Shown piece by piece: positions 27,078-41,377 of a DNA stretch of 64,000 nt. Position numbers and translations under genes: made by a program. The notes beneath the pieces are model-generated. The model did not search any database and had not been told where the DNA came from. It saw only the letters and a list, made by a program, of their open reading frames with translations. The stretch's first letter is position 1, and every line of letters starts with the position of its first letter. This stretch comes from Felis catus (Eukaryota). The stretch covers positions 3,038,001 to 3,102,000 of the forward strand of contig NC_058382.1 in the NCBI RefSeq assembly GCF_018350175.1. The letters run 5' to 3'.

Positions 27078-30000
27078 TGAGGAGGGGTGGAGGGTGGGAG
27101 ATGGGCAGAGGGGGAGGGGGAGGGGTCAGACACCTCAGAGTCGGGGAGACCAGGCTCAGACAGAACACAGAGAAGGGGGCCCCAGGGCTGGACGCAATCA
27201 ACACTCAGGATGCATTTATTGAGCATAAACTGTGGGCCAGGCCCGAGATCCATTAGCGCAAGGCAGACAAAATTCCCTGCCTTCATAGAGCTTGTGTTCC
27301 AGCAGCAGGAAGGTGGCCGGCAAGGGACAGCCACATAATGTCAGTGAGACAGTATGACGCTACACGGACCAACCTTGGAAAGCTGATCGATCCCGTGTGA
27401 AAGAAGCCAGACACAAAAGGCCACCTGTTGTATGATTCCATTTGTGTGAAATGCCTAGAACAGGCAGAGCCAGAAAGCGGGGTAGCGGGGCCAGAGAAGG
27501 CACCTCTGGAGGCAAGTGGGGGTGGTGCGTGATTGGCAGGGGGTTCATGGATTCTTTCCGGGGTGATGAAAAGTTCTGGAACTAATTAGAGGTGGTAGTT
27601 GCACACTGTGAATGTCCTGAATGCCACTGAACTGCACGTGTAAAGGGGTTCAGTTATGTGAATTTCACTTCAATTTTTTAAAATGATATGGCATGTTATA
27701 AGGTGATAAGTGCTATGGAGGGCATGCGGGGGTGGGGGAAGGACTGGGTAAGGTGTCGGGGAAGGCTCGGCTGAGAAGGTGCCAACAGAGCCAAGACCTG
27801 ACTGAAGCCAGAGGATAAGACCTGTGGATGTCTGCGGGAAGAGCATTCCAGGCAAGGGGCAGCAAGTGCAAAGACCCTGAGGCAGGAACATCCCTGGAAT
27901 GTTTGAGGACCGATGTGGCTAGAATAGGGTGAAAGGGGGACATGTGGCTAGAATAGGGTGAAAGGGGGACAGGGGGGAGGGAATTAGGTTCTAAAGAAAC
28001 AGGAGCTCCCCATTTAGCACTTGACCATCCAACTTCTTGGCCTTTGCCCATCCTGTTCGCTTTGTGGGGCAATGTCCTTCGCCGTCTCTGGGAGTGTAGA
28101 TGGGAACCTCAGCTCCTCAGTTCTCTGCTCCAGCCTGTCCCCGCTCTCACACCCCGCCCAGCCCCATCCCACCCTACCCTGTGCTCTCTCCTCACTCTGT
28201 GACAGTGACCATTTTTTGAGCACTTTCAGGTGTCTGGTACACCACACTAAGGCTTTGACATATAATATGTCACTTAATGCTCCCAAGAGACCTGCACAGT
28301 AGGTTGACTTTGTCCTTACGTTGCAGACAAGGAGTCTCATCATGGTGATGGTGATGGTGGTGATAATAATGGTGATGATGGTGATGATGGTGGTGATCAA
28401 CACTCATATGTGCCAGGTGCTTGTTCTAAGTACTTTAGTGGTAACCGGTAATACTCACTCACAATGAATAGGAACTCATTAATCCCCCATAGTAACCCCA
28501 GGAAGTAGATGTTATTATAATCCCCATTTTCCAAAGAGGAAACTGAGGCACAGAGAGACGAAGTTACTCGTCCAAGGACCTGCTTTTCTGCAAGTAGGTT
28601 GTTCCTCCCAGCCAGCCCAGAATCTTGTCCCAGGAGGTCTCGGAACCACATTTGAGCAAATAGGAGCCTCGTCCAGCCTAACTGCTGCCTCCACACTGCA
28701 AACCCCCTTCCACCAGAATGCCCAGCCCTGACCAGCCCAGAATGTTCACCACCACCACTCTACAAACCCATTATCGAAGGGGAAAACACGCATCTCCCCA
28801 AACACGGTCCAGCCCTTCGTCCCAGAGCGAGCCTTCTAACTCCTCCCCAGCCTCCCCTTGTCAACCACTTCAAGGACCCCTCCCCATCTGCAGGGCTCCA
28901 ACCAGGAGGGCTCCCTGCTCACTCCGAGTCTGGACCCCGTGCTAATGCCAGTCTCTCACCTCCCAGGTCCCCCCTCTACCCTCCCCAGCTCAGCTTCCCC
29001 ACTCCCCAGGGCCAGCTTCTCTCCTATAGCATCCCAGATATTCCCACCCCCATGCCTGGCCCTGCCACATACTCCCCAGAGACCCAGGCCATCCACGAGG
29101 TGGCACAGGCAGCTATGCAGTATATTCCCCTGAGCGCCCGGGCTCACCCTGAGAAAATCCAGGTCAGAGGCAAACTACCTTCAGCATCTTCCCACCCACG
29201 TCCTCCTCCTCCCCCCAGGTCCCCTCAGGCCCTGCCCCCTCAGGAGCCCCCTCCCACCCTGGACATGCATTTTTGGCTTTTCGTTGTGAAGGATTTCCAG
29301 CCCACAGAAACGTCACGACAGTTGTCTGATGCAGCAGACCAGCGGCATCTGGTCTGCATCTGGACCCCAGACCAGCAGCGTCAGCACCTCAGCATGGCGT
29401 GGCGATGTGCCAGAAACGCAGCTTCTCGGACGCCACCCCGGGCCTGCAGAACCCAAAGTTCCGGGGCCCGAGGACCTGTGTTCCTGTCAGCCCTCCGGGT
29501 GTTCCGCCAGGCACTCAAGTTTGAGAAATGCTGCCACTCACGTACCACTGCTGAGACTTTACTGCTGATGACATCTTAGCCTACTTCCTTCGCCTATCGT
29601 CCTAAAAGAGCTGTAGTAAATCACAGACGTCATGACTCTTCGGCCCTAAATGTCATTTATACTTAAGTTTGTTCAAATCAACTCCCCCTTCTGCCCCTCC
29701 CATTCTCTGTCATTTAACCTGACCTGCCCTCTCTGAATTTTTCCCAGGGGCACTCAGAGTAGAACTATCCTCCTTAGCTCCAGAGACAGTTCCAGAGCGT
29801 CAGCTCTCACTAACTTATTTATAAGCCTATTTTCTTGTGGTAAAATATACACGACGTGAAACTCACCATTTCGAATATTTTAAACTGTACGCTTCGTGGG
29901 TGTTTCCTACGTTCGTAATGTTTTGCGATCGATTACCTCTGGTTCCAGAACATTTTCATCACCCCCAAAGGAGATCCCATACCCACTAGTAGTAGGCAGT

Positions 30001-30132
30001 CACTCGCCACCCCTCCTTCCCCAGAACCTGACAGACACCAATCTGCTTTCTGTCTCTGGGGATTTGCCTATTGTGGACATTTCATGTAAACAGAAACATA
30101 CAACATCAGATTCGTTTTTAAATAAAACCTTT

Positions 30133-30758
30133 GGGGGAGGGGGGGGCTGGGTGGCTCAGTCAGTACAGTGTCCAGCTTCGGCTCAGGTCACGATCTCACG
30201 GTTCGTGAGTTGGAGCCCCGCGTCGGACCCTGTGCTGACAACTCGGAGCCTGGAGCCTGCTTCGGATTCTGTGTCTCCTTCTCTCTCTGCCCCTCTCCAC
30301 TTGTGCTCTGTCTCTCAAAAATAAACAAAACTTAAAAAAAAAAAAGGAAAAAAAAAAAACTACAAGAAATGCACACATTGTCAGCATAGAGCTTGATGAA
30401 TGCTCCCAAAAGGAACCCACTCGTGTAAGCAACACTCAGATCCAGGAACAGGGCACTTCTGGCCCCCGGAGGCCCTCATCGTGTCTCCTTCCCAGAAGTT
30501 GCCATCCTGATTTCTCTGTCATTGGGTCACCCCATTTAAAAAAAAATTTAATGTTTATTTTTGAGAGAGAGAAAGACAGAGCATGGGGGGCGGGGGGCGC
30601 AGAGAGAGGGAGACACCGAATCTGGCTCTGACGGTTGAGGCTCCAGGCTCTGAGCTGTCAGCACAGAGCCTGGCTCGGGGTTTGAACTCATGGACCACGG
30701 GATCATGGCCTGACCCAAAGTTGGACGCTTAACTGACTGAGCCACCCAGGCGCCCCCG
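30133..30758. mobile_element. Inverted pair of CAN-SINEs (+ 30133-30360, - 30545-30758) in the C19orf85 intron
   Basis: Tail-to-tail orientation, ~185 bp apart. Confidence 0.85.
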
Positions 30759-31759
30759 GGGGAGCCCCATCTTTGACCTTTAAATGGAATCATGCAGCTA
30801 CTAATTGCAAGTCTCACTGCTTTTGCTCAACATTATGCTTGTGCATTAGTCTGCTAGACCTTCCAGAATCGAGCACCACAGGCTGGGCGGCTGAAAAAAC
30901 AGAAATTTACTTTCTCACCCAATCCGAGACCAGGTGCTGGCAGGGTGAGGCCTCTCTCCTTGGTTTGTAGGTGGCCTGTGTCTTCACGTGGTCTTCCCTC
31001 TACGGGCCCTAATCTCTCATTGGATTAGAGACCACCCTCAGGGGTCTCCAAATACAGTCACATTCTAAGGTACTGGGGGTTAAGACTCCAACATACGAAT
31101 TTTAGGGGGACGATAGTGAGCCCATCGCTGTCAGATCTATCCATATAGTTCTTGAGGGATAGGAATGCTGGGTGGGGGAGGCCAGTGCAGTGGCAGCTGT
31201 AGTCATCCTGGTGGGAAATGCTGGCGACTTGAACCAAGAATTGGTGGAGATGAGAGGTGGGCAGATTTAAGAGCTCTGCCGGAAGTAGAACTCACAGGGC
31301 ATCAGTGTTACAGGTGCACCCCTAGCCCACAGTGCGCCTTTGTGTGAAAGACATTTGTTAAGGCATCCTTTCCTTCTGACGTCTTTTACTTTTTTCCCCC
31401 TAAGTTTATTTATTTATTTTTTTGAGAGAGAGAGAGCTAGCAGGGGGGGGTTGGGGGGGGGCGGGCAGAGAGAGCGAATCCCAAGCAGGCTCTGAACTGT
31501 CAGTACAGAGCCGGAAGCGGGGCTCAAACTCACAAACCGTGAGACCACGCGTGACCGGAGTCGAAATCAAGAGTCAGACGCTTAACCGACGAGCCACCCA
31601 GGCGCCCCCGTTTTTCACTTTTATATGTTGGAATGTGGCCATAATAAATGTAAATGACAAAAGACGTACATTATAGCGGAACTGGACTTGCTGCCTTGTG
31701 CAGTGCACCAACCCCACAGCCGTTCAGGGCTCCCTTATGAACGGGATTGGAAAAACTGA

Positions 31760-32368
<609 letters not shown>

Positions 32369-33399
32369 TGCCCAACCCACCCCCCCCCACCCCGGGACAA
32401 ATCAGAGGTCCCCTTCATGATAGCTCAGCAAACACCCCCAGGAACCCCTTGTCCCATCCACTCCCCTCCTGGAAGCCCCTGGGAACATGAATCAAGCCCA
32501 GACCCCCCACCTATGACCACGGCCTCACAGGGCTCCCCGGTGCAGGTCCCCCACTTCTGCCTCTGCCAGAGGTGCCCCTCACACTCTCCCACACCCCCAA
32601 CTTCTCTCTTCTTTTTTCCCAGCCCCATCTTCTCAGTGTCTGCCGCTCCAGTTCCCTCTCACCTTGGCTCATCTCTGCCTAATGTCTGGTCTTTTCTCAT
32701 TTATTCTCAAATATGTACTGAGCACCTACTATGTGTCAGGCCCCATCTAGGTGCTGAGGATTCGGCAGTGAATAAACTGTTAAATAAACATTTAAGGGGT
32801 TTGGGGGGCAGGGCACAGGTAGGGTTGATCGACAATAAATGAATATGCCGGTACCTTTTTAAAATGCAACATAAACTTCCAATTTCAGATTGGAATTAGT
32901 GCTGTGAAGAAAATAAAGCAGAGACCTGATGGAGTGGCTGTCTGACATCTGGTGCTCAGGGAAAGCCTTGAATGACAAGAAGGAGCTGGCTGAGAAAAGG
33001 TCTGGGGTTCTGGGCACAGGAGACAGCATGCGCAAAGGCCCTGAGGTGGCTGAAGCAGAGTAAGCAGGGGGATCGCGGTAAGAGATGAGGTCACAGAGAT
33101 CAAAAAGGCCGACATGAATTGGGAGTAGTTTGGATTTCGTTCCGAGATTTTTTCTCAACCCCATTCCCAAGCACAGAGCCTAAATATTACAAACGTCACC
33201 CTGGGAGGCAGGTGCAGTACAGATGGGGAAACTGAGACTGAGCAGGGTTGCAAGGACTTAAGTTCCCTTTCTTGTAAAGTGCTTGGGTCTCTTGATAAGT
33301 TTCTGACTCTTGACTCAAAGGCCAGCGTTGGAACCCCAAGCCTGCCTCCACCCTGGGCACACCCCTCACTCCCTCTTTCTGGGCCTCAGGGGTCTCCTC

Positions 33400-33800
33400 T
33401 AGACCACAGGAGGGCGACCCACCGCCCCAGCTGGAATTCGCTGTCTCTGCACGCACCGAGCCGCTCTGTCCCGGGCCCGCCATTCACGCCCTTCCCGGCT
33501 CCCCATTGGTCGGACGCGCTGCCTTCCCGCCCCCTCCCACCGGCGGACCAATCACGCTCTCAGGATGGACATCCTGCCCGGCACCGCCCCTCCAAGGAGG
33601 GCTAAGCAGCTCCGCTTGTAGGTTGGCCGGCCTCAGGGTCGGGGCAGAGCTTGGCTAGCGCCGATTGGGCGGCTCGGCCTGGGTGGGCGGGACGCGGACC
33701 GCGGGGGCGGGCCACGTGTCGGAACAGTGCAAAACGGTGACCCTGCCTTGGAAAGGGGCGGGAGGACCGGAGCGGCGTGAGTCCCGGCTCGGAGCGGTGA
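33400..33800 (+). promoter_or_regulatory. ISOC2: ISOC2 CpG-island promoter and non-coding exon 1
   Basis: Three CCAAT/ATTGG boxes (~33505, ~33548, ~33664), GC boxes, CACGTG at 33713-33718, donor GCG|GTGAGT at 33796/33797. Confidence 0.7.
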
Positions 33801-36800
33801 GTGTCCCCCAGGCCTCTCCAGCGGAGGGGTGGGCCAGGCTGGAAACCAGCGCCTTCCGGGTAAGGCCCCCCAGCGCCTCGGGGGCGCTGACCCTCCCGCT
33901 TTGCAAGTGGGGAAACTGAGGCTTTGCCAGGACGTCCGGGCCGAGGTGACACAGCCAGGGCGAGGACTCCTGCCGGCCCTACAGAATTAGCTGATCGGGG
34001 ACTCGAACCTTCCACGGGTCGCGCCCGCCCTTTGTGCATCACTGGCCGAGTTTTGCATCGTCCCTATGGGGTGGGTTAGTTTGACCCCTATTTCTCCGAT
34101 CAGGCAACTGAGGCTCAGACAGCGTGAAGTTTGCCCAGGGTCACACTGCCAGGGAATCCTGGCTGCAGGGCTGCAGGGTTGCACGCCCCACCCTCCCCCG
34201 CTACTGCCCCTCCTCCTCCGGCCTTTGACTCCCCCACCTGGAGCTCAGATCTCTCTCTCCCTAACAGCGTTTCTAAGTCAGTCTCCAGCCCAGACCTCTC
34301 CACATTCACACGCGCGCATACACACACACACACTCCCCACCCTCCACCCTCAGTATTTCATCTCCCCCAAACCACTTCCCCTTTCCAGGTCCCCAGTTAG
34401 TCCCTAGGACCTACCACCCATGGACCGGAAACCTGTAGATCTTCCTCCTTGCTCCTTCCCCCACAGCCAGCGGCACCTGCCCCCTGAATCTCTCTGTCCT
34501 GCCTCCTCCTCTCTCTTCTCTCTGCCTAAAGTGGAGCCCAGGCCTCACCTTTGTCCACCTAGACTCCAGCCCCGGTTTTCTCCTGGCCTCCACCCTTTTA
34601 TCTGATACTTTGAAAACTTTTTATGGAAATATACTGCATATCCAGGGGGGAAAAGCCACACATACAAATCACAAATACCTCAAATAACTTTTCACATAGC
34701 CAACGCTCTGGTGTAAACAACATCCAAATCCAGAAGTAGAACTCCCCACTGCATCCCAGAAGCCCCCCTGCCTTGTGCCCCTTTCTTTACTGCTGCCCAA
34801 TGATAATCATTATAACTTTACTAACACAGATTGGTTTTGCTGGGTTCTCAGCTCATCTAAGTATTTTATCGTATATATTACGGACCAGACAACCTATCAC
34901 ACACTGTCCACACTTCAAAAGGAACAGTACTCCGTGAAAATAAGATTTCCTTCATACCCTGTCCCTCCGTGACCGCCCCCCCCACCTGAAGCACCTCCAC
35001 GTGTACCCACCAGAGACAGCAAATATAGGAGCAGAAAACTCACGTTTTCTCTTCTTTGGGGAGACGAAGAGGGAAGCATTGCTGTGTATACTGTTCGGCT
35101 TCTTTTCACTGTTAACATCTCTTGTTACTCAAAGAGCTTCCTTGTAATTTTCCCTGGCTACAAAGAATTCCATAGTACAGCTATACCATAACTTACATAA
35201 CCAGAACCCTAACCATAGACGTTTACATGTATTTCCATTCCTTTGCTCAGCGGAAAAGTCCCATAATGAATAACCAAAAAGTCTGGTAGGGAATTACCTT
35301 GTGTCATTTCACGTGTATGTCTGCAGGGTAAATACTTAGCACATTTTCTGGGTCACAGGGTTCATGTAACTAGAATTTTGAGAAACCTTGGCCACATGTG
35401 TTTCCCTGGGGGTTGTTGCAAAACACACTCCTACCAGCCTGAAAGGGAGATCTTTGTGGCTTCAGACACCCTGTCCTGCCTAGGCTTTCAGCCATGATAG
35501 CCCTGATCTGACCCTGTCCCTCCTGTCTCCTGAAAAGTTAGAAGGGAAGTGAGGAGAGCAGCCCGGGTGGAGGGAACCACACAGGGGAAGGACTTGGCTG
35601 GGATGGTTCCAGGCGCCTTGCCTGAGCAGGTTACATTTTAGTCCTGAGGACCTGAGAGCAGCCCTGGAAGGTGGGGGCTAAGACAGGGGAGTAACAGAGT
35701 CAACCTTGTGTTTTCAGAAAGATTGTTTTCTCTCTCTCCCTCCACTTCCTCGGGGGAGACTTTTGCAGACTCTGCCAAGATAGATCAGGTTCCCTCGAAA
35801 TCCCAGCACTGATCGCAGTCGTAATTAATGTGATTAATTCATTCAGTGCGGTTTTGTTTTTGTGGGAGTTTCCATTCCTTTTTTTTTCTTTTTAGACAAA
35901 ATTCACATAGCATAAAATTCTTCCCTGTAACCACCCATGAGTTTTTACACTGTTTCTACACTATGTTGCCCATAGAAAACATTTTCTACAGTAGATGTGT
36001 TCATTTGAAAGAATCGTCATAAACAGCCTGTGCGCCCACCAGCCAGCCTCCAGACTTCCCCCGTATTAACCATTTCACCTTCCCCTGGGTCTGCAGGGTC
36101 TCCCATGTCCCACATAAGTTAATGAGTAAATGAGTGAACACGCCGAGGGCGTGAGACGTGCAGACATGAGCGGGGCCAGAACCCAGTTGAGCAGCAACTT
36201 GGGGACCCCGGGACTCAAGCCTCCTGGGCATATGGGCTGGGACAGGCTGAGACTCTCGGAGGCGGGGCCCAGATGCTGGAGAGGGAGCTGCTCTGACTGG
36301 GGCGGGGGGGGGGGGGGGCTTGCTGTCCTCTAGTCCTGTGGGACCGGGGGCAAGTCGTGGACCCCTCGGGTCTCAGTGGCCTCCCTTGTAACAGGGCTGC
36401 AGGTGATTCCAACAGCCCTGCCCCTGCCTTTTTTCATTGTGCTAAAGTACAAGTCACGAAATTGACCATTTCGACCATTTTTAAGCGTACCATTAAGTGG
36501 CAGTTAACAAGTATTCATGACATTGCAGAACCGTGGCCACCACCTAGTTTGAGAATGTGCTCATCAGCCCAGCAGCAACACCGCACACTGTAGGCAGTCA
36601 GCCCTCATTGTCCCCGCCCCAGCCCCCCACCAGTCTGCTCCCTGTCTCTGGATTGGATACCTGTGGACGTTTCATGTGAATGGGCTCCCACAACGTGTGG
36701 CCTCTGGTGACTGGCCTCGCTCGTGGGCGCGGCGATCTTGGGGTTCACCCGTGATGTAGCATGTGGCAGTGTCTCATTCTTTCTGCGGATGATTAACAGT

Positions 36801-37416
36801 CCCCTGTGCAGGTGCACCAGCCTTTCCTTCTACGACCTGCAGGGATGTGCAGCCTGCATGTTGCATGAGGGTAAACTGAGTTTCAGAGGCTGCGTAGGGG
36901 GAGTCAGACTTGAAGAGCCTCACTCAGGACACTGCCACTGCACCTGGGCTCTGGTTTTCATCCGGAATCACACTCTCGCCCTGTTAACCTGCTGTGGGCC
37001 CTCCGGCCTTCACCTCCCTCCTCTGTTCCCCACCCCCACCCCGAAGGGCAGGGTGAGGATCACAGTCGGAGTGTTCCTTGTGGAGGGCAGAGGGTGACCT
37101 TGATGTTGCCGGGTATCCTGGAAGGAAAAGGCTTTCCCAGGGACCTTGGGAGAGTGAGGTTGGGAGCACCAGGTGGTCAAGGTCAGAGAAGGCTTCCCTG
37201 GGAAAGTGACCTCCCAGCCGAGTAGGACGTATTAAGAAACAAATGGATTCTGGGCCCAGGGATCTGCGGACACGAAGGGCCGCATGTGGGAAGGGGGAGG
37301 TTTCCAAAGGACTGTGTGGGACCCTCATGGGTCTGAGTGCACGGACCCTGGACAGGGAGTCAAAGCCCCTGCCCTGACTGGCCCTTCCCTCTCGCACCTC
37401 TGCCCACCCCCAGGAC

Positions 37417-37540
37417 ATGGCAGCTGTGAGGCCCAACCTGGGCCGAGTCCTCCCTGGGTCGTCTATCCTCTTCCTGTGTGACATGCAGGAGAAGTTCCGC
37501 CATGTCGCCTACTTCCCCCAGATAGTCTCTGTGGCCGCCC
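37417..37540 (+). CDS. ISOC2: ISOC2 first coding exon (3' end lost in N-gap)
   Basis: [27 protein letters not shown]... isochorismatase motif; acceptor at 37413/37414. Confidence 0.9.
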
Positions 37541-37713
37541 NNNNNNNNNNNNNNNNNNNNNNNNNNNNNNNNNNNNNNNNNNNNNNNNNNNNNNNNNNNN
37601 NNNNNNNNNNNNNNNNNNNNNNNNNNNNNNNNNNNNNNNNNNNNNNNNNNNNNNNNNNNNNNNNNNNNNNNNNNNNNNNNNNNNNNNNNNNNNNNNNNNN
37701 NNNNNNNNNNNNN

Positions 37714-38961
37714 TTCCCTCAGACCCAGGAATCAGGCCCCCAGCCCCTATTCCCTCAGACCCAGGAGTCCAGACCCCCAGCGCCCTCCTCCCTCAGACCC
37801 AGGAGTCCTGGCCCCCAGCCCCTCCTCCCTCAGACCCAGGAGTCCTGGCCCCCAGCCCCTATTCCCTCAGACCCTGGAATCAGGCCCCCAGCCCCTATTC
37901 CCTCAGACCCAGGAGTCCAGACCCCCAGCGCCCTCCTCCCTCAGACCCAGGAGCCCAGGCCCCCAGCCCCTCCTCCCTCAGACCCAGGAGTCCTGGCCCC
38001 CAGCCCCTATTCCCTCAGACCCAGAAATCAAGCCCCCAGCCCCTATTCCCTCAGACCCAGGAATCAGGNNNNNNNNNNNNNNNNNNNNNNNNNNNNNNNN
38101 NNNNNNNNNNNNNNNNNNNNNNNNNNNNNNNNNNNNNNNNNNNNNNNNNNNNNNNNNNNNNNNNNNNNNNNNNNNNNNNNNNNNNNNNNNNNNNNNNNNN
38201 NNNNNNNNNNNNNNNNNNNNNNNNNNNNNNNNNNNNNNNNNNNNNNNNNNNNNNNNNNNNNNNNNNNNNNNNNNNNNNNNNNNNNNNNNNNNNNNNNNNN
38301 NNNNNNNNNNNNNNNNNNNNNNNNNNNNNNNNNNNNNNNNNNNNNNNNNNNNNNNNNNNNNNNNNNNNNNNNTCCTCCTTCCTCAGNNNNNNNNNNNNNN
38401 NNNNNNNNNNNNNNNNNNNNNNNNNNNNNNNNNNNNNNNNNNNNNNNNNNNNNNNNNNNNNNNNNNNNNNNNNNNNNNNNNNNNNNNNNNNNNNNNNNNN
38501 NNNNNNNNNNNNNNNNNNNNNNNNNNNNNNNNNNNNNNNNNNNNNNNNNNNNNNNNNNNNNNNNNNNNNNNNNNNNNNNNNNNNNNNNNNNNNNNNNNNN
38601 NNNNNNNNNNNNNNNNNNNNNNNNNNNNNNNNNNNNNNNNNNNNNNNNNNNNNNNNNNNNNNNNNNNNNNNNNNNNNNNNNNNNNNNNNNNNNNNNNNNN
38701 NNNNNNNNNNNNNNNNNNNNNNNNNNNNNNNNNNNNNNTCCTTCCTCAGACCCAGAAGTCCAGACCCNNNNNNNNNNNNNNNNNNNNNNNNNNNNNNNNN
38801 NNNNNNNNNNNNNNNNNNNNNNNNNNNNNNNNNNNNNNNNNNNNNNNNNNNNNNNNNNNNNNNNNNNNNNNNNNNNNNNNNNNNNNNNNNNNNNNNNNNN
38901 NNNNNNNNNNNNNNNNNNNNNNNNNNNNNNNNNNNNNNNNNNNNNNNNNNNNNNNNNNNNN
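37714..38961 (+). repeat. MSR1-like 36-38-bp minisatellite filling the ISOC2 intron after the first coding exon (mostly N-masked)
   Basis: About 10 visible units of TCCCTCAGACCCAGGAGTCCTGGCCCCCAGCCCCTCC; sequence islands inside the gap carry the same motif. Confidence 0.85.
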
Positions 38962-39002
38962 CTCCCTCGGGCTCAGGCCTTGGTTTCCCCTCCCTAACGC
39001 AG

Positions 39003-39212
39003 GTGGCCAGGCTGCTGGAGGTACCGGCTGTGCTGACGGAGCAGTACCCAGAAGGCCTGGGCCCCACGGTGCCCGAGCTGGGGGCTGAAGGCCTGCGGCC
39101 ACTGGCCAAAACTTGCTTCAGCATGGTGCCCGCGGTGCAACAGGAGCTAGACACGCGGCCCCAGCTGCGCTCCGTGCTCCTCTGTGGCATTGAGACCCAG
39201 GCCTGCATCTTG
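39003..39212 (+). CDS. ISOC2: ISOC2 exon (VARLLEVP...TEQYPEGLGPTV...QACIL)
   Basis: 210 nt, canonical AG/GT. Confidence 0.95.
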
Positions 39213-39488
39213 GTGAGACCTCCAGCTAACCCCAGGAACCTCTATCCTCAAAAGGATACCCTTCCCTGACCCCGAATCCTCTGTCCTCCTGGCAGGACCC
39301 CCTTCCTGACCTGGGACCTTCATCCCTCCCAGGACCCCTCTCTACCTCGTGCTCCCGTGGGGCCCTAGGACCCTGCTGTAACATGGGGGCCCCCTGCCCT
39401 GATCTGAGGCTCCCTCATCCCCGTCCCCCTCCCCAGGCCCCTGTTCTCGTCTGGGGTTGAGGTTGCCCTTGACATGTCTCGCCCCCAG

Positions 39489-39559
39489 AACACGACCTTG
39501 GACCTCCTGGACCGGGGGCTGCAGGTCCATGTGGTGGTGGATGCCTGCTCCTCCCGCAG
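39489..39559 (+). CDS. ISOC2: ISOC2 exon (NTTLDLLDRGLQVHVVVDACSSR)
   Basis: 71 nt, phase 0-2. Confidence 0.93.
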
Positions 39560-39693
39560 GTGAGGGGGTCCTGCTGCGGGGTGGGTGCACATGGGCGCAG
39601 GTGGGGTGTCTAGGAGGAGTGGGATCCCTGCCAACCTTGCCGGGCGTCTGGGCGTGCGGGCCGAGGCACCAACAACCTCCATCTCCCGCGCAG

Positions 39694-39811
39694 CCAGGTG
39701 GACAGGCTGGTGGCACTGGCCCGGATGCGGCAGAGCGGCGCCTTCCTCTCCACCAGTGAGGGGCTCATTCTGCAGCTTGTGGGTGACGCCGCCCACCCCC
39801 AGTTTAAGGAG
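39694..39811 (+). CDS. ISOC2: ISOC2 exon ([15 protein letters not shown]...HPQFKE)
   Basis: 118 nt, phase 2-0. Confidence 0.93.
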
Positions 39812-41296
39812 GTACTGGCCCCGCACCCTCCCCCCCACCCTCCCTGGTCTCCCTTCTCAGCGCCCGCCACGTGGTGGTTGACAGCCTGCATCTGGGAGCA
39901 CAGCAGGCTGCTGCCTCCTGGCGGCCGAGTTCTAAGTCCCGTCAACACCGTGAAGGGCAAGGGAAGCTGTCGGTGGCCATGAGGGCGGGGGAGAGAGCGA
40001 GAACGCAGGGGAGGGGCTGGCAGTGTTGGGGTGCAGAGGAGGGGTTGTGCGGGTGGTGTGGGAGGCCTCCTGGTGAAAGGTGGGTTTAGAGTGAAGTGAG
40101 GGTGGGAGGCAGACAGGAACAAACAGTCCTCCAGAAGCCCTGCGTGGGAGCCCCTGACCCCCACCTCCGTTCCTTCCTCCCGTCTCTGGCCCTCAGTTGC
40201 GTCCCCCGCAGCCACCACCACCAGGTGGCTTTGCTAGTGCCCGGGTCTGACTAGGTAGCCCCAGCTGAGTCACACTGCTGGCCCTTAGAATGAAGGGACA
40301 TGCCCCAGCCCTCTGAGGTCCGCCCTTGTGCCTCCTCTTAGGCCAGCTCTGTTGAGTTATTTGTTAAGCACCTACTATGGGCCAACCAATGGGGCAGGTC
40401 CTGGGGCAGCAGCCAAAGCCAGGGTGTATTCGGTTCCACGTTGTGGTCAGGCGCTGGAAGGGAGTGTTCAGAGTGTGTGAGAGAGAAGATGGGGCTCACA
40501 GCAGGGATGGCCCTTAAGCGGAGGCCTGCAGTGGGAGGGGCAGCGGCCGTCCAGAAAGTGTTCCTGGCCAAAGGAGAAGCTGAGGCAAAGGGCTGCAGGT
40601 GGACCGGAACTCGCCCTATTCAAAGAACCGGAGTGGGCCATGCCGAGTGCTCGGTGAGTGTGACAGGGGAGGAGGCAGAGAGGAGCCAGATCCGTGTCTT
40701 CCCGGAGTGGAGGGGTTTGCACAAGGGAGCTGGCCAGAGTCAGATCTGCAGGTTGGTCCCGGGTGGCCCATGGATGTGGGCGGGAGACCAGAGTGGAGGC
40801 AGTGGGGATGCAGATTGTGCTTGTATTTCTGGAGGCAAGCAGGGTGGGGCTTGCTGATGGGTGCAGTGTGGGGCTTTGGGAGAAGGCAGCCCCAGAGAGG
40901 CGGGTTGAGCATCTATGCTCCTGTGGTCTACTGGTTGGGGGAACACGATTGTGCAAGAGGCACTTGGATCAGAGTCTGGAGTTGAGGGGCAAGGCGTGGG
41001 CCGGATTTGGGAGCTGAGGGATGGGAGAGGTGAGACAGGAGCAGGGTATAGACCAGAAGCTCCAGGACAGAGCCTACTGGCAGCAAGCCAGACAAGTGGA
41101 CCAAGATGGCAGGTGATCATAACCCAGGCGGCTATGGTGGAAGGGAGGCCCGAGGAAAAGTTTTGAGAAGAGGGAGTGGTTGGTTTGGCCTGTCGCTGCC
41201 AAGAGGGCAAGGCGGATGAAAATGAAGAAGTGCCCTTCCAGGTTGTCACAGACATGGGGACTCTTGACTCCCCGAACCCTCCTCTTCCCCCTACAG

Positions 41297-41377
41297 ATCC
41301 AGAAGATCATCAAGGAGCCCGCGCCAGACAGCGGGCTGCTGGGCCTCTTCCAAGGCCAGAACCCCCTCTTCCGCTGA
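41297..41377 (+). CDS. ISOC2: ISOC2 last coding exon (IQKIIKEPAPDSGLLGLFQGQNPLFR*)
   Basis: CTACAG| acceptor, TGA ending at 41377. Confidence 0.93.
   Translation: MQKIIKEPAPDSGLLGLFQGQNPLFR

Noticed and set aside
27913-27970. Exact 29-bp tandem duplication (a ~38-bp imperfect one lies at 61173-61245)
   Set aside because: Local slippage in intronic or intergenic DNA
37417-38997. 526-aa ORF extending the ISOC2 first coding exon
   Set aside because: Read-through into N-gaps and the minisatellite; the real donor is masked
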